Origin: an uncultured Ruminococcus sp.
GTDB taxonomy: Bacteria; Bacillota; Clostridia; Oscillospirales; Ruminococcaceae
NCBI GenBank assembly: GCA_964501705.1
Contig: CAZCUQ010000002.1
Location: 1 to 55,532 of the forward strand
Length of the DNA stretch: 55,532 nt
Direction: 5' to 3'
Part shown: positions 16,518 through 26,034 of the stretch, one piece after another
Layout: every line of letters starts with the position of its first letter
Position numbering within the stretch: position 1 is the stretch's first letter
Notes under the pieces: generated by a model
Seen by the model: the letters and a program-made list of their open reading frames with translations, nothing else
Databases searched by the model: none
Told to the model about the DNA's origin: nothing
Made by a program: the position numbers and the translations under genes

Positions 16518-17546
16518 CTAACACGCCTCCGACAGCATACAGCAGTAATTCCCCGCTGTGTCTGTACCCGTTACAAGAATGGTTTTAACGCTGTCAAGCG
16601 ACTTATCCGCAAAATTATCGGACACCTTGCCTGTTTTTAACACCGCAGCGGCAAGAGCGGCACTCAACATATATCCGCTGCCGAGAGTTTCGCCAAACAG
16701 CCGTTTGGGATAAGCATATACCGTTCTGTTCTCAAATACGCTGTCCATTGCTTCTTTTTCTATGCTGTCGAAGTATGTCCCGTTTGCCGCTGTGAACACC
16801 GCATCGGGAACTTTATCGCCGCAAATCTCTGATACAGCTTTAGCAATAAGCTTTGAGCATTGTTTATCGGCCGAAGCTGTCAAGGGATAAACGGGAAGCA
16901 GCGCCGATGAAAAATCCGATACCTTGCAGTATGTGTTCAAGCTCTTTTCGGCTCTGACCGTAAAAACTGCAGTACCCTCCGAAATGTCGCTGCCCGCGGC
17001 CGTTTTGAGGGTTTTGATTGAATCAAACAGCTCCCCTGAATACTCCTCCACAGAACCGCACAGGATAACGTCCGCCTTTTTGCCGCTCAGAAGAAGCGAG
17101 GTATACTCCAAAGGGTCGCCGCCCATAAGAACGGTACTGACACCCTTATAGCCGTTTACAATACATATCTGACCGACGCAGGAATTCGGAACGGTTCCCG
17201 AAAACACTGTAGGACTGCACAGCGCGGGATTTCCCCTTGCCACCGAATCGGAAAACCGAATGTTGCTTTCCGCAGCGCCGAAGCCTGTTGAAATTATCGT
17301 CCCGACTCTTGTTACGTCAATATCATCGGGGTATTTTCCGTCAATCCTTGCAAAATCGGCAGCGGCGACAGCGAGCTTACTGTATCTGCTGCATCTTCTC
17401 AGTTTTGAGGACGGTACGTTCGACGTAAATTCCGGTCTGCCGCCGTTTATTTCGGGGATTTTGCCCTCGGCGATCTTCATAAGCTCAGCAGCGGACATCG
17501 CACATCGGGAGATAATTCCGATCCCGTCAATATATACGGGCTTCAT
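16518..17546 (-). CDS. Beta-ketoacyl synthase-like protein (chain-length-factor type partner of the KS)
   Basis: Thiolase-fold KS N-terminal-like sequence (YIDGIGIISRCA ... VPNSCVGQICIVNGYKG ... VILCGSVEEYS), only 342 aa and without the C-H-H triad motifs. TAATG overlap with the KS gene. Confidence 0.6.
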   Translation of the reverse strand: MKPVYIDGIGIISRCAMSAAELMKIAEGKIPEINGGRPEFTSNVPSSKLRRCSRYSKLAVAAADFARIDGKYPDDIDVTRVGTIISTGFGAAESNIRFSDSVARGNPALCSPTVFSGTVPNSCVGQICIVNGYKGVSTVLMGGDPLEYTSLLLSGKKADVILCGSVEEYSGELFDSIKTLKTAAGSDISEGTAVFTVRAEKSLNTYCKVSDFSSALLPVYPLTASADKQCSKLIAKAVSEICGDKVPDAVFTAANGTYFDSIEKEAMDSVFENRTVYAYPKRLFGETLGSGYMLSAALAAAVLKTGKVSDNFADKSLDSVKTILVTGTDTAGNYCCMLSEAC

Positions 17547-18736
17547 TACGCTTCACCTCCGCTGTATTTTTTTACAAGAACACTTGCGCTGTTTCCCGCA
17601 AAAGCGAAGCTGTCGGAAATGGCACAGTTTATATCCATATCACGATTTTTAAGGATAATATACACATTATCCGCTCCCATGACAGGTTCTGTCAGATTTG
17701 GCATAATTATCGCCTTATTGTACTTCATAGACAGAATAACGCTGATAAGCTCTGCCGCACCCGAAGCACCCATACAATGTCCGATAAGCGCCTTGGTGGA
17801 TGATAACGCAGGCTTTTTTGCGCTGCCTTTATATATCCTGTTTATAGCCTTTATTTCCATACTGTCGTTTATTGCGGTGCCCGTACCGTGACCGTTTATG
17901 TAATCGACCTCGTCAATGTCGGTACTGCCATCGGAAAGTGCGGAAAGCATTGTGCGGTATGCTCCGCTTCCGTCAGGCTCGGGGCTTGTAATATGGTACG
18001 CATCGTTGCCGATACTGTAGCCCGCTATCTCACAATAGATATTTGCATTTCTTTTCAGGGCGTGTTCAATGGATTCAAACATAAGAAATGCGCCGCATTC
18101 GCCGATATTTATGCCGTCACGTTTTTCATCGTAAGGATTGCAGGTACCGCTGCTCAGTGATTTCAGCGCATTAAATCCATACGCCGCAACTATTGTCAAA
18201 GGATCTGCACCGCCCACAACAGCCATATCGCATATACCGTTTCTTATGTAATCGAGTGCCATCCCCGCCGCAGTAGTTCCCGAAGCGCAGGCGGCGGATG
18301 AAACACTTGCTCCGCCTTTTACACCCGTAAGCTCTTTGATGTATGAAATATAGTCATTCATTCCGGCAAGAGTTCCGTCTGATGGCTTGCCGTCTGCTTT
18401 GTTAATGCTGTGCTTATAATAGGAGCCTGTATTTGAAAGGAGCGTTCCGTAAAAAAGGCGGCAATTTTTGCCCTCGGACGAAAGCGTTTCCCTGTCAAGC
18501 CCGCAGTCGGAAAGCATTTCGGCGCAGGATTTTTTGATAAGTATGCGAAGCCTTGCGTCAGTGTCCCTTTCGTCAATATCCGCTTCACCGAAATATTCGG
18601 TAAGAAGCCCATCGGTACTGAAAGCAGTGCATTTTTTTATACCGCTTATTCCCTCCGAACAAGCTTTGATAAATTCCGACTTATTATTTGCATTTCCGCA
18701 GACGATTCCCATTCCCGTAACAACGACTTTTTTCAT
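17546..18736 (-). CDS. Beta-ketoacyl-ACP synthase II-type condensing enzyme (FabF-like)
   Basis: I prefer the ATG at 18736 (MKKVVVTGMGIV) over the TTG at 18742. Active-site motifs SAACASG, NGHGTGT and GHCMGASG. Confidence 0.85.
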   Translation of the reverse strand: MKKVVVTGMGIVCGNANNKSEFIKACSEGISGIKKCTAFSTDGLLTEYFGEADIDERDTDARLRILIKKSCAEMLSDCGLDRETLSSEGKNCRLFYGTLLSNTGSYYKHSINKADGKPSDGTLAGMNDYISYIKELTGVKGGASVSSAACASGTTAAGMALDYIRNGICDMAVVGGADPLTIVAAYGFNALKSLSSGTCNPYDEKRDGINIGECGAFLMFESIEHALKRNANIYCEIAGYSIGNDAYHITSPEPDGSGAYRTMLSALSDGSTDIDEVDYINGHGTGTAINDSMEIKAINRIYKGSAKKPALSSTKALIGHCMGASGAAELISVILSMKYNKAIIMPNLTEPVMGADNVYIILKNRDMDINCAISDSFAFAGNSASVLVKKYSGGEA

Positions 18737-18738
18737 AA

Positions 18739-19005
18739 TCAACCCTCATGTGTCCGGATATATTCCGCAATGTTATTTACGGAACTGAGCAGGCGCATAT
18801 CTTCGGAAGGCACATCAATCCCCCAGGTATCATAAATCATAACCGCCAGCTCAAGAGCGTCAACGGAATCCAGTCCCATAGTTACCTCATCACCGCTTCC
18901 CGATCCGAAAACAGGTGAATCATATGTAAATCCTTCAATTTCCGTGGTGTCAACGTCCATAGTTTCAATAATTTTTTCAAAAATCAAGTTTTCAATAGTT
19001 TCCAT
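18739..19005 (-). CDS. Acyl carrier protein (non-housekeeping type)
   Basis: 88 aa, GGAGG RBS. Phosphopantetheine site GLDSVDALEL in the helix II context. Confidence 0.8.
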   Translation of the reverse strand: METIENLIFEKIIETMDVDTTEIEGFTYDSPVFGSGSGDEVTMGLDSVDALELAVMIYDTWGIDVPSEDMRLLSSVNNIAEYIRTHEG

Positions 19006-19018
19006 AGAGAATCCTCCG

Positions 19019-19903
19019 TTAATGCAGTATATAGTTTATTGAGCATTTTACCGATGATGTAACTATTCCAAGCAGTTTTTTTTGAAATTTATTTGCCCTG
19101 TCATTGTTTTCATACATAGCATAAACTGCCCGCTTGCAGTCAAAGGTCTTGAACATTTCCATTGACCCCGCAAAGGCAAGAAGAATACAGCCGCTTCCCA
19201 GATACCTTTCAGACGCGGAAATATGCTCAAAAACAGCACTGCTTTTATCGGGAGTGCTTACCAGCGTATAAGCGGCAAGCTCATTTTCCCTGAAAACGGC
19301 ATAGCTCATTTTTCTGCTGAGATACCTGTTCGGATCGTCGAAAAAAGGCTTCACATCAAGCTCATTCCGAAAATTGTTTTCGCCTGACAGATAAATATCT
19401 GAAATACGCTTCTCCGGCAGATCCGCAAAGCTGACCTTTGAAAATCCCTGACGGTTAAGCATATTGCAAAGCTTTCCGCCCGTGTCTGCCATATATTCCT
19501 CCCAGCGGATAAAATCCTCCGATTTTCCGCTGAAAACATTGCAGACCGAGCCTTTTTCAAAACCGCATTTCAGGCAAGCTCTTGATACCGCCGCAAAATA
19601 TCGGTGTTTCTCGGTAATACCGACTCTTACGGGCTTCGGCATATTTTCTGCCGCAAAGCTAAGGAGAGCTGAAAATACTCCTTTTTCTCTCTCGGTTTCA
19701 ATTGTATATCCATAAAGCAGCCTCGTAAATCCGCTGTCAGCCGACAGGCATACATAGCCGACTGCCTGTCCGTTTTCCCACAGCATATATATCCTGCCGC
19801 CTGTTGATAAAGCGCTCTTTGCCGAAATATCCGAAAGCCGGCTTCTGCTTTCGCCGAAAAGGAAAATGTAATCTGTAAAAGTCGCTTCGGCTATTTTACG
19901 CAT
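19019..19903 (-). CDS. Tandem GNAT-like acyltransferase (candidate peptide N-acyltransferase)
   Basis: Two halves each resemble a GNAT core (ENGQAVGYVCL ... ETEREKGVFSALLSFA; ENELAAYTLV ... SERYLGSGCILLAF). By-eye assignment. 8-nt overlap with the upstream gene. Confidence 0.45.
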   Translation of the reverse strand: MRKIAEATFTDYIFLFGESRSRLSDISAKSALSTGGRIYMLWENGQAVGYVCLSADSGFTRLLYGYTIETEREKGVFSALLSFAAENMPKPVRVGITEKHRYFAAVSRACLKCGFEKGSVCNVFSGKSEDFIRWEEYMADTGGKLCNMLNRQGFSKVSFADLPEKRISDIYLSGENNFRNELDVKPFFDDPNRYLSRKMSYAVFRENELAAYTLVSTPDKSSAVFEHISASERYLGSGCILLAFAGSMEMFKTFDCKRAVYAMYENNDRANKFQKKLLGIVTSSVKCSINYILH

Positions 19904-20744
19904 ATTTACACATTCCTTCCAACCCGATTTCGCAAAGATATTTTACCCGTTCATCACGGGACATTTTTTTGAATTCATCGCTGACGGCAAACGCTTCGAG
20001 ATATTCGGAAGCGCTTACTGCCGTTTCGGAAACCGCTTTTCCCACCTTGTCGGAAAGACCCACGGTGTAAAATTTCAGCCTGCCGCCGCTTGTACCCGTA
20101 ATTCCCATAAATCTTAGAAAATGCTCGGCTTTATAATATCCGAACGCTTCATACAGTCCGAAAAAATCAGCCATTATCTCATCGTGCAGACGATTTTGCG
20201 AAAGACCGTATTTCTGTTTGGTGAAATAGTGGGTACACTCGTGCTCACGTCGAATTATCATTGACCTTTCGGACCATTCTTCTTCCGAAAGTCCCATCTC
20301 GGAAGCGGGGACATTGCTGTAAGGCTTTGCGGACAGAATAATAAATCTTGTGGATTTTCCGAACGCGAAGGATGCTCCCGTTTCGGAAAGACCGTCGGGA
20401 CGGATTCCCTTGTATATCGCATTTGTGACCAACGCTTCAAAGTCATTTTTATCGGACAGATAAATGATCGGTATCTCCCCCGCAAAGGAATTGTAAATTT
20501 CAAGTCTTATCCTTTCGGGTGATCTGAAATCAACAGGCCGCTTCGGGCATACATATCCGTTTATCGCCTCCGCTGCGCCGCGATCGGCAGCGACAGAAGC
20601 TATATTCCGCCATTTTTCAAGAAATGCCGTATCATACGCGATATTTTCAGTGCAGTCTGCAAACCCGTTTGATATGTATTCTCTGTACTCCTTCTCTTCA
20701 TCGGAAGAAAGAGCGTATTTGGCTATAATTTCGTTTATTGTCAA
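19896..20744 (-). CDS. Uncharacterised protein with HExxH motif (putative metallopeptidase)
   Basis: HECTH at ...IIRREHECTHYFTKQ..., followed by LHDEIMADFFG. I prefer the TTG at 20744 (GGAGGTG 5 nt upstream) over the ORF-track TTG at 20789, which overlaps the ABC gene. Confidence 0.5.
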   Translation of the reverse strand: MTINEIIAKYALSSDEEKEYREYISNGFADCTENIAYDTAFLEKWRNIASVAADRGAAEAINGYVCPKRPVDFRSPERIRLEIYNSFAGEIPIIYLSDKNDFEALVTNAIYKGIRPDGLSETGASFAFGKSTRFIILSAKPYSNVPASEMGLSEEEWSERSMIIRREHECTHYFTKQKYGLSQNRLHDEIMADFFGLYEAFGYYKAEHFLRFMGITGTSGGRLKFYTVGLSDKVGKAVSETAVSASEYLEAFAVSDEFKKMSRDERVKYLCEIGLEGMCKYA

Positions 20745-20766
20745 GCTAACACCTCCGATAGCGGCA

Positions 20767-22929
20767 TCAGACCATCTGTCTGCTTGCAAGCTCCGCGAAT
20801 TTTCCGTTTAATGCCATAAGCTCGTCAAATGTCCCCTGTTCAACAACCTGTCCCTTATCAAGGTAGATTATTCTGGAGCAGTTCTTTATGGTTGAAAGTC
20901 TGTGCGCGATAACTATTCTTGTACATTTCATTTCTTCGAGAGTGTTTACCACCATTGCCTGAGTAATGTTGTCAAGAGCAGATGTCGCTTCATCGAACAT
21001 TACAATATCGGGATCGGACGCAAGCGCACGGGCAATCAGAAGCCTTTGCTGCTGACCGCCTGAAAGTCCTCCGCCGCCTTCCGAGATCATCGTAAACATT
21101 CCCATAGGCATTTTTTTTATGTCCTCGGCAAAGCCGGAACGTCTTGCAGCCTCCCACGCTTCATCCACAGTCAGCCAGGGAGCGGTTATTACGATGTTTG
21201 AGTAAATATCTCCGGAAAAAAGCTTTCCGTTTTGCAGAACAACACCTATCCTTCTTCTTACGCTTCTGAGGTCAAGCCCCTCTGCGTCCTGAGAATCATA
21301 ATAAACGCCGCCCGATTCGGGCTTTTCAAAACCTAAAAGAACTCTGAACAGCGTGGATTTTCCGCAGCCCGATGAGCCTACGATTCCCACATACTCCCCT
21401 GCTTTGATGTGCAGTTCCAAATCGTTCAGAACATATGGCATATCCTCGTTATAGCGGAATTTCACACGGTTCACTTCAATATCACCGCTGAGCTTGTCAA
21501 CACGTTTTTTATAACCCGAATTTTCAGGCTCTGCCTCAATAATCGGACGTATAATATCGAGTGCGGGACGAAGCGAAGCTACCTGTGTCGTAATATTCGC
21601 CATTGACATGACCGCACCTGTGAACAGCGCATACGCCGAGTTGAATGCAATATAATCCGACGCACTGAGCCCGTTTACATAAGCGGTATAATAAAGTACA
21701 ACTGTACCGCCGAACACCGCGAAATTTGAAAGCGCACCCGAAACAGCAAGGAATGTATGAGGCATAATGTGCAGCTTACTGTAAAGCTCTGCCCACTTGG
21801 AATATGCCCTTGTTTCCGCTCCCGACACCTTTATTTTGGTGATTCCGTTCAGAAGCTGAAATACGATACTCGAAAGCTTTCCGTTAATTTCATTGTTCTC
21901 CTTAGTCTGCTTTATCTGAACAAGTGCTGTGATAACATATATCGCAACCATCAGCAGCACAATGATGAGCGAAGGAAGAAACATTTCGGGAGATATTGAG
22001 CTTATCTGAAACAGATAAACAAAGGAGAATACCGAAGCAAGCAGCGTAGGCACAAGCTGTCCGCCGAGAATCCCGCATATCTGATTTATCGAGGCTGCCC
22101 GCTGGGTAAGATCGCCCGAATCATATTTTTTGAAAAAGTCCACAGGAAGACTCATAAGCCTTGCCCATACCGCATTTTGCGCAAGAAGCTCCAGCTTGTT
22201 TCCGATACGCATTACCCATACAGTACGGGATAGTTCGAATAAAGCCGTCACCACAACCGTACCGACAATAAGTACGCTTATGCCGAATATCTCCTCTGAC
22301 GTACCCGAAGGAACTACTGTGTTAAACACAAATTTATTTATCGCAGGCATTATCATTCCGACGAGACCCGCAACAAGACTTATTGCAAGCAGGCAGACAA
22401 CATCAGCGGCCGAAAATGCGCCTGTAAGGAACTTGTAAAATTCCCCCATAGTGAGCTTTCTGTTTTCAAAGGGCTTGTAAAAGCAGTAGGCAACCGGAGA
22501 AAATTCCTTTGCGCGCTTCTCGTTAAGCTTAACTTTGTTTCCGTTGTCATCAAAAAAATAATATCCGCCCTGAATTGAAGGGATCAAAGCACATGAAGAG
22601 CCGTCTTTCAATGTACAGAGAAGGGGCATTGAGCCGTCCTTCCACCACTTTCCGACAGTGACGATCTTTCTGCGCATTACACCCGTTTCGGTCATAGCAA
22701 ACTGCATTACGCTTTCGGGATCTGATAATCCCGACGGAAATGAAAGGATATCCGTTTTGAGAAAGCTGCATATTCTTATCATTTCAAGAGCTGTGCGGCT
22801 CAGGGCATTTCCCGAGGACTTTGCCGCCGACGCACTGCCAAGGGAGGTGTATACGCTTTCAGCGGAGCTTTTCAGTGTCTGTGCATCAAGCTGTTTTTTA
22901 AGCTTTACTCTTTCGGAAAAAGTGTACAT
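20767..22929 (-). CDS. NHLP/Nif11-type bacteriocin export ABC transporter, second subunit (no catalytic peptidase Cys seen)
   Basis: I prefer the ATG at 22929 (GAGGTGA 6 nt upstream). Six-TM exporter domain, Walker A GSSGCGKST, signature LSGGQQQR, Walker B MFDEATS. Confidence 0.8.
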   Translation of the reverse strand: MYTFSERVKLKKQLDAQTLKSSAESVYTSLGSASAAKSSGNALSRTALEMIRICSFLKTDILSFPSGLSDPESVMQFAMTETGVMRRKIVTVGKWWKDGSMPLLCTLKDGSSCALIPSIQGGYYFFDDNGNKVKLNEKRAKEFSPVAYCFYKPFENRKLTMGEFYKFLTGAFSAADVVCLLAISLVAGLVGMIMPAINKFVFNTVVPSGTSEEIFGISVLIVGTVVVTALFELSRTVWVMRIGNKLELLAQNAVWARLMSLPVDFFKKYDSGDLTQRAASINQICGILGGQLVPTLLASVFSFVYLFQISSISPEMFLPSLIIVLLMVAIYVITALVQIKQTKENNEINGKLSSIVFQLLNGITKIKVSGAETRAYSKWAELYSKLHIMPHTFLAVSGALSNFAVFGGTVVLYYTAYVNGLSASDYIAFNSAYALFTGAVMSMANITTQVASLRPALDIIRPIIEAEPENSGYKKRVDKLSGDIEVNRVKFRYNEDMPYVLNDLELHIKAGEYVGIVGSSGCGKSTLFRVLLGFEKPESGGVYYDSQDAEGLDLRSVRRRIGVVLQNGKLFSGDIYSNIVITAPWLTVDEAWEAARRSGFAEDIKKMPMGMFTMISEGGGGLSGGQQQRLLIARALASDPDIVMFDEATSALDNITQAMVVNTLEEMKCTRIVIAHRLSTIKNCSRIIYLDKGQVVEQGTFDELMALNGKFAELASRQMV

Positions 22930-22943
22930 ATTTTTCACCTCGG

Positions 22944-25091
22944 TTATTCACTCTTGACAAGAGCCGCATATTTTCCGTTCTTTGCAATCAGTTCGGAATG
23001 TGTTCCCCGTTCTGTTTCCCTGCCGTATTCAAGCATTATTATTTCATCGGCGTCACGGATAGTTGAAAGTCTGTGCGCAATTACAAAGCAGGTCATACCT
23101 CTGCGTTTTACGGCATCCATTACAAGCTTTTCCGTTGTGGGGTCAAGAGCGGAGGTTGCCTCATCGAGAATAATTACAGACGGGTGCGCCGCAAACGCTC
23201 TCGCAATTTCCAGACGCTGCCTCTGACCGCCCGAGAAATTTCCGCCGCCTTCCGCTATCACAGAATCGTAGCCGTCCTTCAGCGCCATAATATCATTATG
23301 TATGCAGGCGTCCTTGCAGGCTTCGATAATTACCTCCTCGGGGATTGTGCTGTCCCACATAGTAATATTATCCCTGATAGTTCCGCTGAAAAGGGATATA
23401 CTCTGGTCAACCACAGCCACCGAGCTTGTGAAAACATAACGATCGATATCCCTGATAGGCTTGCCGTCAAAAAGCAGTTCGCCGCTTCTTTGAGGGAAAA
23501 GCCCGGAAATAACCTTTGCAAGTGTGGATTTACCGCTTCCGCTTCCGCCTACAAGAGCAATCATACTGCCCTTTTTTGCCTTCAGATTAAAATTTTCGAT
23601 AAGCGCGGGTGCAAGGGAGCTGTAGCCGAAGCTGATATTTTTCAGTTCGACCTCACCGCTGAGTTTTTCATATTCGCCTTCGGCAATGCTCGGGTCAAAA
23701 TCAACATCGGTTTTATAGTTCATAACGTCCTCGACCCGCTCCATACTTCCGCTCATATCCTGGAATACCTGAATAGAGTTGACAAGAGAACTGACAGGAG
23801 AAAGGAAGAGCGTCATAAAGCTCTGGAAAGCCATCAGCGAGCCGATGGTAAATTCTCCGTTAAAGATATTGTACACACCTATCATAAGAACCGTTCCCGT
23901 ACTGAGTCCCGAAAGGATCTGCGGGGCAATGCTTATCATAGTGTTTCTTCTGCGAAGCTCCAGCATTGCGTTATTATACTTGGTCTGGTAGCCTGAGATC
24001 TTCTCAAAAAAGCCTGTTTCCGAGCCGCTGGCTTTAATGGTTTCGATCATAGAAACGGCAGCTATCATAATACCCGAAAGCTTTCCGCTATCACGCTGGA
24101 TAGACTTTGCCGCGTTGGTATTCTGCTTGGAAACCATTCTCATAATGATAATGTTTATCACCGCGACCGCAATGCCGATAAGCGACATTGCGGCACTATA
24201 GTATATCATAACCGCAAGATAAACACCTATCATAATGACATTCAGGATAACAGGAGCAAGCTGTGTGCAGAGTGCGTAAGCGATCTCGTTATTGCTCTGC
24301 TGTCTTGAGGAAATATCACCCGCAAATCTCTGAGAGAAAAACTCCGCAGGCAGTCTGAGAACGTGCCACATAAACGCAGAGGACGAACCGATACTCATTT
24401 TTGACTGAAGCTTTGCAAGATAAATACCCCTTAGCATTTCGGCAACAAAACCGATAACTAAAGATATTCCCATAGCAAGCAGAAGCGGCTGCATTTTATC
24501 CGCCGCACCGCCTATCAGCACATCATCGGTAAACATTTTGTAAAACACGGGACGAACAAGACCTATCACAGACAGAATAAGTCCCATTGTCAGAATGAAG
24601 ACCAGCAGCGCACCGCTGCCGTCAAGCCGCTTTTTAACAAATGCCATAACGCTCTTAGGCTTTCCCGACGGCGCAAAGCTTTCGGAGGGTTTGAATTTTA
24701 ACGCAATACCCGTAAACGAACGGTCAAATTCCTCCATATCCACCAAAACACGACCGCCTGCGGGATCATTGATAACAGCCTTATTTCCTTTAAAACCGCA
24801 AAGCACGACAAAGTGATTGAAATTCCAATGAATTATCATCGGGAAATCGGTCTGTTCCTTTATTTTTTCAATGCTCATACGAAAGCCCTTTGCCTCAAGA
24901 CCGTGATGCCTTGCGGCAAGGCTTATATATTTGGCTGTACTGCCGTCCCTGGAAACGTTACAGTCGGAACGGAGCTGTTCCAGCGGGATATATTTTTTAT
25001 AGTACGCAAGTATCATTGCAAGTGAAGCGGCGCCGCATTCAAGCGCTTCCATCTGCAATATTACAGGCACTTTTTTTGCAGTATTCTTCAT
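22944..25091 (-). CDS. Bacteriocin-processing ABC transporter with N-terminal C39 peptidase domain
   Basis: AAGGAGG RBS. C39 motifs LQMEALECGAASLAMIL (Cys) and NHFVVLCG (His). Walker A GGSGSGKST, signature FSGGQRQR, Walker B ILDEATS. Confidence 0.9.
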   Translation of the reverse strand: MKNTAKKVPVILQMEALECGAASLAMILAYYKKYIPLEQLRSDCNVSRDGSTAKYISLAARHHGLEAKGFRMSIEKIKEQTDFPMIIHWNFNHFVVLCGFKGNKAVINDPAGGRVLVDMEEFDRSFTGIALKFKPSESFAPSGKPKSVMAFVKKRLDGSGALLVFILTMGLILSVIGLVRPVFYKMFTDDVLIGGAADKMQPLLLAMGISLVIGFVAEMLRGIYLAKLQSKMSIGSSSAFMWHVLRLPAEFFSQRFAGDISSRQQSNNEIAYALCTQLAPVILNVIMIGVYLAVMIYYSAAMSLIGIAVAVINIIIMRMVSKQNTNAAKSIQRDSGKLSGIMIAAVSMIETIKASGSETGFFEKISGYQTKYNNAMLELRRRNTMISIAPQILSGLSTGTVLMIGVYNIFNGEFTIGSLMAFQSFMTLFLSPVSSLVNSIQVFQDMSGSMERVEDVMNYKTDVDFDPSIAEGEYEKLSGEVELKNISFGYSSLAPALIENFNLKAKKGSMIALVGGSGSGKSTLAKVISGLFPQRSGELLFDGKPIRDIDRYVFTSSVAVVDQSISLFSGTIRDNITMWDSTIPEEVIIEACKDACIHNDIMALKDGYDSVIAEGGGNFSGGQRQRLEIARAFAAHPSVIILDEATSALDPTTEKLVMDAVKRRGMTCFVIAHRLSTIRDADEIIMLEYGRETERGTHSELIAKNGKYAALVKSE

Positions 25092-25102
25092 ATTGTGCCT
25101 CC

Positions 25103-26014
25103 TTATGATACAAGAAGCTCAACAGGAAGATACTCGCTTGTCACAACTATGATTGAACACTGCGTTCCAAGCTCAACAGGAAGGTTTTCTCCTTTACTGT
25201 TTGACCATTTATATGAATTGCCTGAATTTTCATCGAGATCCAATCTGATTCTTATTTCCACAAATGAACCTTCGGGAAGTATATTTTCCACATAAGAAAG
25301 AGTACCCATCTTTGAGATAATACTTTCCTCCGAAACCGGCGTTTCGGATATTGAAGTGATAATACCCGTCATATATCCGTATTCCTCTCTTGCGGCATAA
25401 GAAGGAGACACCTGTGCCGTCATACCGAGGCTGAGAGAATTCGCGGTCTGCATAGGTACATAAGCAACTACCTCATTATATCCGCTGTCAGACATTACAG
25501 ACGATATTGTGTCGCCTGCTTCTATCGCACTTCCGCAGGGCTTTACAGACTGAATATATCCCGAACTGCTGCTTTTTATGACTGTTGTGGCGACATAAGT
25601 GTCAACAAGCTCTTCTATTCTGTTTTCAAGATTTATATATTCATCGCTGCCGTTTTCAAGCGCTGCCAGCTCATAGCGATAAGCGTCAATTTTATCCAGC
25701 AGTTCATTATTTGATACGACCGCGATTATATCTCCAATGTTGACATAATCGCCGCTGCTTACGAGAACATCTGTGACTACGCAGCTTCTGTCTGCTGTGC
25801 TGCTTAAAATATTGTTATTTGTAAAAACAACGCCCTTAATATTCACTCCGTTTGTGATTTTATATGTAACGCTCCAAACAATAAATGTAATAAGTGCTGT
25901 CACAAGTGCCATATAAATTATCCAGACAGACGGGCGCATTATCTTTACCTGCTTATCAAGCTGCTCGGGAGTAGCCATTGTATCAAGAGCGGTTTTTCTG
26001 AATAGTTCTGCCAT
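25103..26014 (-). CDS. HlyD-family secretion adaptor of the bacteriocin export system
   Basis: N-terminal FRKTALDTMATPEQLD, then a single TM, then a barrel-sandwich/lipoyl-like region (GDYVNIGDIIAVV ... AGDTISSV). Confidence 0.7.
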   Translation of the reverse strand: MAELFRKTALDTMATPEQLDKQVKIMRPSVWIIYMALVTALITFIVWSVTYKITNGVNIKGVVFTNNNILSSTADRSCVVTDVLVSSGDYVNIGDIIAVVSNNELLDKIDAYRYELAALENGSDEYINLENRIEELVDTYVATTVIKSSSSGYIQSVKPCGSAIEAGDTISSVMSDSGYNEVVAYVPMQTANSLSLGMTAQVSPSYAAREEYGYMTGIITSISETPVSEESIISKMGTLSYVENILPEGSFVEIRIRLDLDENSGNSYKWSNSKGENLPVELGTQCSIIVVTSEYLPVELLVS

Positions 26015-26034
26015 TATTATTCACCCCTTACATA

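Noticed and set aside
15780-18736. Reading the KS/KR/ACP genes as the housekeeping fab operon.
   Set aside because: fabH, fabD, fabZ, fabK/I and acc genes are absent. A CLF-like partner is present, and the genes are embedded in the RiPP gene train. This still needs whole-genome confirmation.
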